A stretch of 64,000 bases of DNA from a bacterium (lineage in GTDB: Bacteria; Zhuqueibacterota; Zhuqueibacteria; Residuimicrobiales; Krinioviventaceae): assembly GCA_963674595.2 (NCBI GenBank), contig CAXXFV010000003.1, positions 128,001 to 192,000 on the forward strand, read 5' to 3'. Below, in pieces: positions 19,345 to 28,336 of the stretch. A program made the position numbers and the translations under genes. The notes under the pieces were generated by a model, which ran no database searches, was not told the origin of the DNA, and saw only the letters and a program-made list of their open reading frames with translations. Numbering within the stretch: the first letter of the stretch is position 1; every line of letters begins with the position of its first letter.

Positions 19345-19353
19345 CCTTAAAAA

Positions 19354-21924
19354 TTATGGAATTGATGTTAGTAAAGCTGAACTTTTTAATATCGAATTAA
19401 AAAGCAGCTTGAAAGTAACAACGGTTTGGGCACGGAATTGAGGGCGGATGCCCATCAAAATTACCGAGCCTTGTCCGTAAGGTATTTCTCCGACAGCCGT
19501 TTTTAAGGCAATATGTTGTTCCCCTGTCAACCAACCGCTTAACAATAAATTACCACCCGGGTAGGACACCACAGAATTCCCCTCAACTAACTCGAATGCC
19601 GGACTGTTATAGTTAAATATAGGCGTTTCCCGCTGCATACCATATCCAATCGGATCATCCTGATCGACAATAGATTTCAGCATGGAACCAGGCACATAAT
19701 ACTCGCTTTTGTCAATATTGTTTACAACATTTTTAGCTTCAACCCAAAAATGTTGTAACGGTAAAAGAGATGCATTTCCCAAAGTTACCAAAACACCACC
19801 ATTTAATACAAAATCTTTCAATTGTTGAATACCAATATCGCCTATTCCGCCGGTATATTGTCCAGGGACAGCTGTGCTGTCTAAACCGGCAATAATTCTA
19901 TCAACACTCTGATCCGGTAATATTATAACGTCAAATTTTGCTGCGAGATTTCCGCTCTTTATATCTTCATTCTTGATCGTCAAATAAGGAATGTTAAATT
20001 CATCAAATATAAATCGTGTCCACCCTTCGTCAATTATGGCCTGATAACTTTGATAAAGCCCTACAGCCGGTTTTACAAGCTGATAAGCCTTTTTCTTTTT
20101 AAATGAGGGCGCGTTACTGATAACAACAGGAACTGTGTCGGCCAGGTCCTTGACGATTTCATTATAAACGCCTGGTATCCAAAGGGTTCCGGGGGGATAA
20201 ATATTCCCACCAGCCTTAATTGTTTCCGCAAGCCAATACACCTTGACGTTTTGATCAATAAGATTTTGAATAAACTTGACAGCATCCAAATGTCTGTAAT
20301 CAATAAAAAATCCATTATTTCCATTTCTTGCTGGAATGACTGATTTCCGTATTATCTGGTCTACTTTTTGAAAATTGCCATTTACTTGCCCTTTTATGGT
20401 AATCACCTTAACGCCCAGCATGTATTGCAGGTTGTTTGTGGTAACATCATAAGGATGTATGGGATAAACATGGCCGTTATTATTACGTGAAGGATATTGT
20501 TTGTCCTCTAATAAAGTCCGCGCATAAGATGCATAAGGCTGATCGCCCGGAATAATAAATGTACCGGCCGGGTATAAAGTCTCGTCTGCAACAAACTCAT
20601 CAACAGCTTTATAAACATTGACCATTCCGCTTTGCAGGATATTAAGCATTTTGTCCAGAGCATAAAAATCGAATTGATTAGGCGGTATTAAAAAAGACAC
20701 CTGATTGTCCTCATCGTTGATAGATTCATAGGCAACTTTATAAAAATAATACAACAACTCTTGCCTTTTATTTACAGCATAATCCAGCACAGAAAAACAC
20801 GCTGTTTTACCATAATCAACAATCTGTTCAAGGCTCCAGGACCCGCCCGGCCAGGGCAGCGGATAATTCCAGGCCCGTTCATTTGGATAAAAACTTTTTT
20901 TATCCAAAAGTTGTTCGGATTTGATTTCAATAGGTGATGCCAGCTTGGCCGATGCAATTTCAGCCAAAATACGCATTCCACCGTGATAATTCACATAAGC
21001 ACGAGTGGGAGAATAGGCGTCAAAGAAAATATTTGTGGCAACTCCAGAGTGTCCCGCAAGGGTCATATCAACCAAAATTTCACTGCCTATAGCATTTAAT
21101 AAAGAATGAACAATAGGATGCAGCATTTCATCATAGGGATCAATGTATGGAGGCACAAACATACGGGCGCTTAGATATCCCATTTGATGCAGATCCAGAA
21201 CGATTTGAGGACGCCAGACATTATATACTTTTTCAACAGTCAAACGGGATTCCGGCTGGGATAAATTGACCCAATCCCTGTTAATATCATGCCCGCTGTA
21301 TTTATGGTCTAAAAAGGGTAGCGGACCTCCCTCGTACTGTGTTCCCTGATATTTATAGTACCAATTGACTACCTTGTCCAATCCATCCGGATTATGAGCC
21401 GGTATCAGCAATATAATGGTGTCCTCCAGAATAGATTCAACAAGTTTTGAAGTCCCGCTGACAAGCTCATAGGCAAGCTGCATTGACATTTGTGAAGGCC
21501 CGACCTCCATCGGGTGTATGGAACAATTAATTGAAACTACAACTTTGGCTTTTCTTATTAAAAGCTTTGCCTGAGCATCGATCAAATCATGAGGATCGGA
21601 TAATTTACGCTGTGTTTCAATTATACCGGCGGCATTTTTAAAATTTTCCGGTGAGGAAATAATTGCTAAAATTAATGGTTTGCCCTCTGTTGTCTTGCCC
21701 AGTTCCTGGACACGCAATCGCGATGAAGCGTCATCCAATAAACGAAAATAAGTATCAATCTGTTTTGGCGATGCCAAATGTAAACTCTGTCCGGCTGAAA
21801 ATCCCAAAAAATCAGCAGGAGAAGGAATAACAGGTTTAACAGCCTGAGCAAAAAGGGTTGTATTAAAAGTCCAAAATACTATTAAAATTAAAACCAGGAA
21901 CTGTTTTTGTATTTTTACAATCAA
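19354..21924 (-). CDS. Secreted M14 zinc carboxypeptidase with C-terminal GAT-like domain
   Basis: SIHPME, NPDG, DINRDW, LDLHQMG. Confidence 0.85.
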   Translation of the reverse strand: MIVKIQKQFLVLILIVFWTFNTTLFAQAVKPVIPSPADFLGFSAGQSLHLASPKQIDTYFRLLDDASSRLRVQELGKTTEGKPLILAIISSPENFKNAAGIIETQRKLSDPHDLIDAQAKLLIRKAKVVVSINCSIHPMEVGPSQMSMQLAYELVSGTSKLVESILEDTIILLIPAHNPDGLDKVVNWYYKYQGTQYEGGPLPFLDHKYSGHDINRDWVNLSQPESRLTVEKVYNVWRPQIVLDLHQMGYLSARMFVPPYIDPYDEMLHPIVHSLLNAIGSEILVDMTLAGHSGVATNIFFDAYSPTRAYVNYHGGMRILAEIASAKLASPIEIKSEQLLDKKSFYPNERAWNYPLPWPGGSWSLEQIVDYGKTACFSVLDYAVNKRQELLYYFYKVAYESINDEDNQVSFLIPPNQFDFYALDKMLNILQSGMVNVYKAVDEFVADETLYPAGTFIIPGDQPYASYARTLLEDKQYPSRNNNGHVYPIHPYDVTTNNLQYMLGVKVITIKGQVNGNFQKVDQIIRKSVIPARNGNNGFFIDYRHLDAVKFIQNLIDQNVKVYWLAETIKAGGNIYPPGTLWIPGVYNEIVKDLADTVPVVISNAPSFKKKKAYQLVKPAVGLYQSYQAIIDEGWTRFIFDEFNIPYLTIKNEDIKSGNLAAKFDVIILPDQSVDRIIAGLDSTAVPGQYTGGIGDIGIQQLKDFVLNGGVLVTLGNASLLPLQHFWVEAKNVVNNIDKSEYYVPGSMLKSIVDQDDPIGYGMQRETPIFNYNSPAFELVEGNSVVSYPGGNLLLSGWLTGEQHIALKTAVGEIPYGQGSVILMGIRPQFRAQTVVTFKLLFNSILKSSALLTSIP

Positions 21925-21928
21925 AGAT

Positions 21929-23695
21929 CTAATGTCCTTTCAGCAATCCATCTATAATTCTTTTCTGGGCCGGTAATAAAACATCTTTAACGTTTAATTC
22001 ACATTTTACCTGATCTTGTCCTGCAACAACAACTTTAAAAATCAACTCGTATCCGTCTCGTTCAATTACGGTATGTAAAGTATCTCCAATTTCGGCATTT
22101 ATTACAATATCTTCAATATCATCCATATGCGTAATATTCTGGTAATTTAAAGTTTTAATGATATCATTTCTTTTAAGACCGGCTTTTGCAACCGGACTCA
22201 TGGGTTCAATCGAAAATATCCGGGTACGGTTCCCCAAAGTACGAAAGGGACCGATTGTCGGCACCCGCGTTTTGTTAATATCAGCCTGAATTTCGGCGTA
22301 CCCAAGCAAATCATCAAACGGAATTTCAACTGTTCCTGAAACGTATCTGTCAAAAAAGGCGCCAAAATCAAATCCGGTCATACGTTCCACGACTCGTTGA
22401 ATATCACTATCTTTAAATCCGTTACCCGGTGTAGAATAATCTTTATACATTTCCAGCAGTATATCATCCAGGGAAACCTGGTTATCCGTTACCTTTCTTA
22501 TCATAATATCCAAAACAAAACCAACCAAATGCCCTTTATTATAATATGAAATACCCGGCCCAAAATATCCATTTTCCCAAACATTCCAACTTGCATCAAC
22601 CAGACTGGTCTGAAACCGGTCCGGATTTGATAACAGGATTTCAATTTCTTTGGCGATACTTGCCAGAAAATCATCAACCGACCAAATGCCGGTACGCAGC
22701 AACGTTAAATCAGAATAGTAACTGGTAACTCCTTCCAGCCACCATAATGAACCCATTCGGGCATCACGGTCGTACCTTGGCGGTAAAAGCAACTTGTGGC
22801 TCAACCGCTTTACATTCCACAAATGGAAAAATTCATGGGCGATAATGTTGGCCGCATTATGAACATTTTCCATTAATTGCACGCCGGATAAACTAATGGT
22901 CGTTGAATTTGCATGCTCGAGTCCGCTTCCGCCACGGTACCCGGGATAGATTAAAAACTGAAACATGTACTGATCATAAGGCACATCTTGAAATAAAGCT
23001 GTCTCACTGGTTACAATATCTGAAATCATTTTAACAAACGATTTTTTATCAAAATCTGCCGTTCCCCTGAAACAAATATGATGCGGAACATTTTTAACAA
23101 AAATTGTCGTATCGCTTGTAACTCCGATTATTACCGGGCTGTCAGCCAGTTGATGGTAGCTGTTTGCAAAATACAAGTTATTTTTTCCAGGCAGCGCCAC
23201 CTCAACCTGTCGCTGCTGCGGATCTTTAAAACTCACCGAAACCGGAAATCCTTCCATGTCTTTAATATACATCCATGTCGATGCGCCTTGTACCAAAACT
23301 CCTGTGGAATCAATAATCTTTCCTAAAAAATCAAACTCGGGCACCTGTACATCATAGGACAATGTAAATGATTTAGCATTCTCCAGTCGAATTTCCCAGT
23401 CATTTGGAGAAAGTTTTTCAACATGTAATGTTTTGTTAAAGTCGTCAACGCCCCTGACGTTTAAAACGTTTTTACCAAAATCCGTACGATAGTATGAGCC
23501 CGGCATCCACACCGGCATTGAAAAAACATAACGTTTTTTTGCTGCATTTTCCACTTTGATCTTTACATGAAACAATGACGACAACTCTTCATCCAACTGT
23601 AACGAATAATTTAAAGTCGTGCCATATACTGCAAAGCTGATTCCTGATAAAAGCAGAATAATAATTACAACTGGAATTGTTTTAAACGATCTCAT
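21929..23695 (-). CDS. M61 glycyl aminopeptidase with PDZ domain
   Basis: PVWMPGSY, GLEH, AHEFFHLWNVKR, EGVTSYY, YYNKG. Confidence 0.9.
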   Translation of the reverse strand: MRSFKTIPVVIIILLLSGISFAVYGTTLNYSLQLDEELSSLFHVKIKVENAAKKRYVFSMPVWMPGSYYRTDFGKNVLNVRGVDDFNKTLHVEKLSPNDWEIRLENAKSFTLSYDVQVPEFDFLGKIIDSTGVLVQGASTWMYIKDMEGFPVSVSFKDPQQRQVEVALPGKNNLYFANSYHQLADSPVIIGVTSDTTIFVKNVPHHICFRGTADFDKKSFVKMISDIVTSETALFQDVPYDQYMFQFLIYPGYRGGSGLEHANSTTISLSGVQLMENVHNAANIIAHEFFHLWNVKRLSHKLLLPPRYDRDARMGSLWWLEGVTSYYSDLTLLRTGIWSVDDFLASIAKEIEILLSNPDRFQTSLVDASWNVWENGYFGPGISYYNKGHLVGFVLDIMIRKVTDNQVSLDDILLEMYKDYSTPGNGFKDSDIQRVVERMTGFDFGAFFDRYVSGTVEIPFDDLLGYAEIQADINKTRVPTIGPFRTLGNRTRIFSIEPMSPVAKAGLKRNDIIKTLNYQNITHMDDIEDIVINAEIGDTLHTVIERDGYELIFKVVVAGQDQVKCELNVKDVLLPAQKRIIDGLLKGH

Positions 23696-23696
23696 A

Positions 23697-25079
23697 TTAA
23701 TAATGAATTATATTTTCATTCACGGTTGAAAGACTATTCAAGTAATCACGAACCAGACGAACAGTCTCAGAAACTGTATTTACATGCCTCATATCGATTC
23801 CGGGAGTATCATTATTTATGGATAACCAACTGCAAGCTATTTCAAAGGATTCATTATATTCGGAATTTTGAGGGTCATTCGCAAAAAAGATATCATCTAT
23901 TACAGGTGCTATTTCATTTTCATCAAACTCATTACCCAACTCAATTTTTAAAAGCCTGCCCGGCGGATTTAGCAGGTAAATATTAAACCTTTCCGGCTGT
24001 GCGCTGGGAAGAAATATTATACGCGGATACCTGTTCTTTTGTAAATGCCGGCGTTCGTGTGTTTGTAATTGAGTATTTAATCCGGGATTTTCTTTTTTTA
24101 TCCACTCCTGTTCAAGCAGCAGCGCTTCCAGCTCAGATCCGGTTGGTATTATTTTTAACTCATGCAGCAAATTTTGAATTGTTTTGGCCTTATCCGAATC
24201 ATCAAATCCGGTAAAATAGGACGATATCCTGCTTTTTAATTTTTTTGCCTTGCCGACATAAAAAAGGTCCCCTTTACGGTTATACATCAAATACACACCC
24301 GGAACAGTCGGCAGTTCCTTGATGTCATTTTCATCAAAGTTACATTTACTAAAATCAAATTTATTAATCTGCAGAGTTTCATAATAATCCCACAGATTCG
24401 TATAGGCATGGCCCTGTTTGTTTTCCAAAACATGAGAAATTCCGGCAAGCTGTTCGGTAAATTCTTTAAATAGAATTTCCATCTCTTTAGGACTGATATC
24501 GTGAAGCTGTTCAAGCTCATGGGACAGGAAATCAATCGAAATTCCATCGTTTTTTTGTAAAAATCGCTGCAAATTTTTATAGGAATAAACAGACAGATCA
24601 GCTTGATTACCCGTTAAATAGCCGACAGCTTTGCGGAACATGGATATTTGATTTCCTTCACCATCGAAAAGGAAACGATTTTCTGAAAAATGGTCAAGTG
24701 CGTTAAAAATATCAGCAAGATCATCAAAATCATCGGTCTCCCTGTTCCAAACAACAATTTTTTGAATTTGAAAATCTTGACAGACAGCATAGGAAAAAAC
24801 GCCCCACTTTTTCCAGTGAACAGCCTGTTGCGGAAGAATTTTTACAAATATAATATTCTCTTTTTCTTCCGGTAAAGAAACGGCTTTTTTATCAATTATA
24901 GTAAAATAACATCCGTTATCGTCCCGGCAGATTGATAATTCGGAGGCAACAATACTGTCAACAATCGCTTTGGCGGCAGTGGAATTTTTTGTCTCCATTT
25001 TCAAAACGTCCCGCATTATCTGCACAGCAGAAACAGGTTCAGCGCGATCATTTAAATAATTAATAATTTTCTGTTTCAT
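23697..25079 (-). CDS. GIY-YIG (UvrC/Cho-like) nuclease with a divergent N-terminal region
   Basis: PTVPGVYLMY...YVGKAKKLKSRISSYF...SELEALLLE...P.LN. Confidence 0.75.
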   Translation of the reverse strand: MKQKIINYLNDRAEPVSAVQIMRDVLKMETKNSTAAKAIVDSIVASELSICRDDNGCYFTIIDKKAVSLPEEKENIIFVKILPQQAVHWKKWGVFSYAVCQDFQIQKIVVWNRETDDFDDLADIFNALDHFSENRFLFDGEGNQISMFRKAVGYLTGNQADLSVYSYKNLQRFLQKNDGISIDFLSHELEQLHDISPKEMEILFKEFTEQLAGISHVLENKQGHAYTNLWDYYETLQINKFDFSKCNFDENDIKELPTVPGVYLMYNRKGDLFYVGKAKKLKSRISSYFTGFDDSDKAKTIQNLLHELKIIPTGSELEALLLEQEWIKKENPGLNTQLQTHERRHLQKNRYPRIIFLPSAQPERFNIYLLNPPGRLLKIELGNEFDENEIAPVIDDIFFANDPQNSEYNESFEIACSWLSINNDTPGIDMRHVNTVSETVRLVRDYLNSLSTVNENIIHY

Positions 25080-25090
25080 TCAATATATTT

Positions 25091-25567
25091 TCAATTTGCA
25101 GGCACATTTTTCCGACTGCTCCAAATGGAAACGCCGATGATCCCACCGAGTAAACCAAAGATGGTATTAACAACAAGGTTTAGGGCAAAATCAAGCAGAA
25201 TAAAACTGTTCTCAAGAAGTCGCGGATTAAAATTGTCGATAAGGGCCTGAAGGTCCGGATCATTTATTGTTGCGGATATTTTATACAGGACATTAAAAGT
25301 GGCAGGTCCGAAAAAAGAATGCAGAATAATGCTTATAAATGTTCCAAATAGTCCTGATAAAAATCCAAGCAATGCTCCGTCTGATACAGAGATGACATAC
25401 TCGGGAGAGGAATCTTTGTAAAACAAATAGGCTGATAAAACGCCGCCGCCTATAACGCCCATACAGCACATACAATTTATAAAGTTCAAAAAGGGAATAC
25501 CACCGATGACGCCTATTAATATTCCCCCTAATAACGCTGGTCTTAATTTGTTTGCAGACTTTTCCAT
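25091..25567 (-). CDS. Membrane protein (about 4 TM)
   Basis: Hydrophobic Gly-rich helices; INCMCC motif. Confidence 0.7.
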   Translation of the reverse strand: MEKSANKLRPALLGGILIGVIGGIPFLNFINCMCCMGVIGGGVLSAYLFYKDSSPEYVISVSDGALLGFLSGLFGTFISIILHSFFGPATFNVLYKISATINDPDLQALIDNFNPRLLENSFILLDFALNLVVNTIFGLLGGIIGVSIWSSRKNVPAN

Positions 25568-25603
25568 GGTTAATACCTCAAAATAAAGCCCCCCGGTCTA
25601 AAT

Positions 25604-26719
25604 TTAGTCAAAAAAGACACCCAGGTCAGCTAACTCTTTCTCATCCATACTGGACAACGTAAATTGAGGAAGCGCATCGATCATGGGCACAGAATTAATT
25701 TCCAGTCCGTTGATGCTTATCATAAGACCTGATTTTGCTTCGTGTAAAAGTTCAATGGCCTTTCTGCCGAATCGTTGACCCAGGTTAATATCAAACGCAT
25801 TTGGGGCCAATCCTCTCAATGCAAATCCGATGTTTGAATGCCGGACACGGCTCAAACCAAGTCCGAGTCCCATAGCAAGCAGTCGCTGAATTATAATTCC
25901 GGCTCCGCCTAATTTAATATTACCATGAGGATCAAATTCCGGCTTTTCAGTCAGCATTGCTTTTAATATTCCGTCCGCTGCATCATCAGCTATGGCTTTT
26001 TTGTAAACCGGGTCATCCTGACTGAAATTAATGCCTTCAGAAACAACGATATTGGCATATTTTTTCGATTCATGTAACTCTTTTACCCGATCGATTAATT
26101 TTGACAATGAAAACCGTTTTTCAGGAACGAGAATAATATCAGCACCACTGGCAATTCCTGAAAAATAAGCCAGCCAGCCGGCCTTACGTCCCATAACTTC
26201 ATTCACAGAAATTCTGGTATGTGTTTCTGCTGAAACAGATGTGCTTCTGAAAGCCTTTGCAGCAAAATCTATGGCTGTATGCGCACCCAGCATCCAGTCG
26301 GTACCGCTAATATCATTATCTATACTTTTTGGAATTGCAATGATCGGAAAATCAATCTGGTGCACACCAAAAGCAGAATTGACTGTATCATTTCCACCTG
26401 TTGCAATAATAGCATCAACACCTAATTTTTTCAAATTACTTTTAATTTTTTCAGGCGCCCAGCTTTTATTTTTTTCAGTAAAAGGGGCAAAACGTGAAGA
26501 AGCCAATACAGTGCTGGGGGCGTCAAATATATTCAGTGCATCGTTATTTCCAAGTTCTACCATATAATTTTCAACATCATCGGCAGCCAAACCTTCAAAA
26601 GCATATCGAATTCCTATAAATGTATCATTATATTTATTTGCGCCATGAAGAATTGATCTGGCTATTGCAGAATTTATTCCTGCGCAATCGCCACCACCGG
26701 TTACAAATGCAATTTTCAA
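25604..26719 (-). CDS. pfk: 6-phosphofructokinase family, PPi-type signature
   Basis: TGGGDCAGIN, GGNDT, PKSIDND, EVMGR. Confidence 0.88.
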   Translation of the reverse strand: MKIAFVTGGGDCAGINSAIARSILHGANKYNDTFIGIRYAFEGLAADDVENYMVELGNNDALNIFDAPSTVLASSRFAPFTEKNKSWAPEKIKSNLKKLGVDAIIATGGNDTVNSAFGVHQIDFPIIAIPKSIDNDISGTDWMLGAHTAIDFAAKAFRSTSVSAETHTRISVNEVMGRKAGWLAYFSGIASGADIILVPEKRFSLSKLIDRVKELHESKKYANIVVSEGINFSQDDPVYKKAIADDAADGILKAMLTEKPEFDPHGNIKLGGAGIIIQRLLAMGLGLGLSRVRHSNIGFALRGLAPNAFDINLGQRFGRKAIELLHEAKSGLMISINGLEINSVPMIDALPQFTLSSMDEKELADLGVFFD

Positions 26720-26824
26720 AGAAACCCTCCTTTTTTAATAAAAAAAAAGTTGACGAACATAATTTAAAGGAATATAGAAAAAACATGTAAAATGAAAAAG
26801 GCTTTTTTTGTGTTTCCCCGTGAT

Positions 26825-26995
26825 AAAACAAAGGCGCCCCCCCTTCATGCGAGCGCCCATATGTCCTCCCGAAACTCCCCTAAAAAAGATGTTTTATTAC
26901 GTAAGGTACGCAATAAAACATCGAATTGAGGTAACCCACCAGTCCCTCGTACGCCTATAGACCCCCAAGAAGAAGGAAAGTATGTCAACCTTCTA
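26825..26995 (-). ncRNA. Putative G-tract-rich small RNA divergent from the ECF sigma gene
   Basis: GC-rich non-coding island in AT-rich DNA; about 7 GGG+ tracts; hairpin 26888-26922; terminal GC hairpin plus U-run; upstream promoter-like motif. Ends are approximate. Confidence 0.5.
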
Positions 26996-27002
26996 TAATA
27001 AA

Positions 27003-27031
27003 AGTGTGGGAATTAAACTAAATAGTCTCAA
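27003..27031 (-). promoter_or_regulatory. Candidate ECF promoter TTGAGA-N19-CACT (copy 1)
   Basis: Minus strand ttgaga-ctatttagtttaattccca-cact; same spacing as the copy at 27823. Confidence 0.5.
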
Positions 27032-27207
27032 AAAAAAATTAGTTTATCTTATAAAAAGTACTTTTTTTTATAACCACTAAAATTTTAACGTACCAAAAAA
27101 ATATTCAAAAAATCATTGATTTTTTTATATTTAATCACTAAAATAGGCCATTAGGTTATCTAAAATATCTGAGCAACAACAAATGTTAGAGGGCAAAAAT
27201 CAAAAAC

Positions 27208-27822
27208 TTGTCTTTACAACAACTATTGGTGTATTGTACAGATAACCATTCTCCATACTGGCAAAATGCGTGGAATGAGTTTATAAACAGGTATAAAAAT
27301 TACATCTACAAAATTGTTATCAGAGTTTGCAACGATTGGCATATCGAGCGGTTACAATGTCAAAAATCAGACTTTATTAACGATATTGTCTCTGAAATTT
27401 TTTTAGAATTGTTTAAAAATGATGCCAGGGTATTAAAAAGCTATAAAAATCTGGACCAGGAACATTTATTTTTAATTTGGTTATCAACACTTTCCACACG
27501 AATGGCCCGGCGGAATATTGAAAAACATTTTCGCAATGATACCATTTTGACCGATTGGGACGATTTTAAATCTTTTCGTGAATATTTACAGCCGGATTTG
27601 TGTTGGGAACTATATGATATGACTGTGAATATTTTGCGTGAAAAGCATAACAGCGAAAACAAAGAACGTGATATTCACATTTTTATGTTATATACCTGGA
27701 GTAATTTCTCTAACGATATTATTCACAAACTGCCGTTTTTTAAATTTTTGGGTAAAAGAGTGATCGATAATGTTGTAAATCGACTGCGAAATACGATACG
27801 TAAGGAAAGAAAGACATTTTAA
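27208..27822 (+). CDS. ECF-type RNA polymerase sigma factor (divergent)
   Basis: AWNEFINRYKNYIY, DIVSEIFLEL, FLIWL (region 2); DIHIFMLY...VVNRLR (region 4); TTG start after GAGGG. Confidence 0.75.
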   Translation: MSLQQLLVYCTDNHSPYWQNAWNEFINRYKNYIYKIVIRVCNDWHIERLQCQKSDFINDIVSEIFLELFKNDARVLKSYKNLDQEHLFLIWLSTLSTRMARRNIEKHFRNDTILTDWDDFKSFREYLQPDLCWELYDMTVNILREKHNSENKERDIHIFMLYTWSNFSNDIIHKLPFFKFLGKRVIDNVVNRLRNTIRKERKTF

Positions 27823-27851
27823 TTGAGAGAAAACAATTATTATATGTCACT
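27823..27851 (+). promoter_or_regulatory. Candidate ECF promoter TTGAGA-N19-CACT (copy 2)
   Basis: ttgaga-gaaaacaattattatatgt-cact, directly after the sigma stop and before the anti-sigma operon. Confidence 0.5.
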
Positions 27852-27898
27852 AACTTATGTAAGCACAATAATACTCTCATTTAAAAAAAGGATATAAA

Positions 27899-28336
27899 AT
27901 GTCAGAAACAGTTATTCAAGAAAAAAACCTAAGTTTAGGAATGGCTCTGGCATATATTGAGGCAGAAGAATTTCACGATCAGTTAATCGACAAAAGTAAC
28001 TTTACCCAAAATGACGCTGACTTTTACCGCGATATCAAATCTCAATTTGCCGCACTGAAAAAAGACACACCAAAAATACAATTATATAAAATGATTCCTC
28101 AACATCGGTGCAATTCACTAGAGCCCTTTGTAAAAAATAACAAGCAGTTTTTCCTCGCTTATATTATGACAAATAACATTTATTTTAACAATGAATTTGC
28201 AGACAAAACGATGGAACATTTAAATAATTGTTATTGGTGTTTTGAAACATTTTTTAGTACAATGCAGGAATATTATGTAACATCATCTAATCTTATTTCT
28301 GAACGTATAAAGGGGGAACCTGAAAATGGAAAGTGA
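27899..28336 (+). CDS. Soluble protein with a zinc-binding anti-sigma-like HxxxCxxC motif
   Basis: EHLNNCYWCF with an upstream Cys (HRC); no TM helix. Confidence 0.65.
   Translation: MSETVIQEKNLSLGMALAYIEAEEFHDQLIDKSNFTQNDADFYRDIKSQFAALKKDTPKIQLYKMIPQHRCNSLEPFVKNNKQFFLAYIMTNNIYFNNEFADKTMEHLNNCYWCFETFFSTMQEYYVTSSNLISERIKGEPENGK

Noticed and set aside
26634-26831. 65-aa ORF overlapping the pfk start as a leader peptide
   Set aside because: Low-complexity translation of the promoter region, overlapping pfk out of frame
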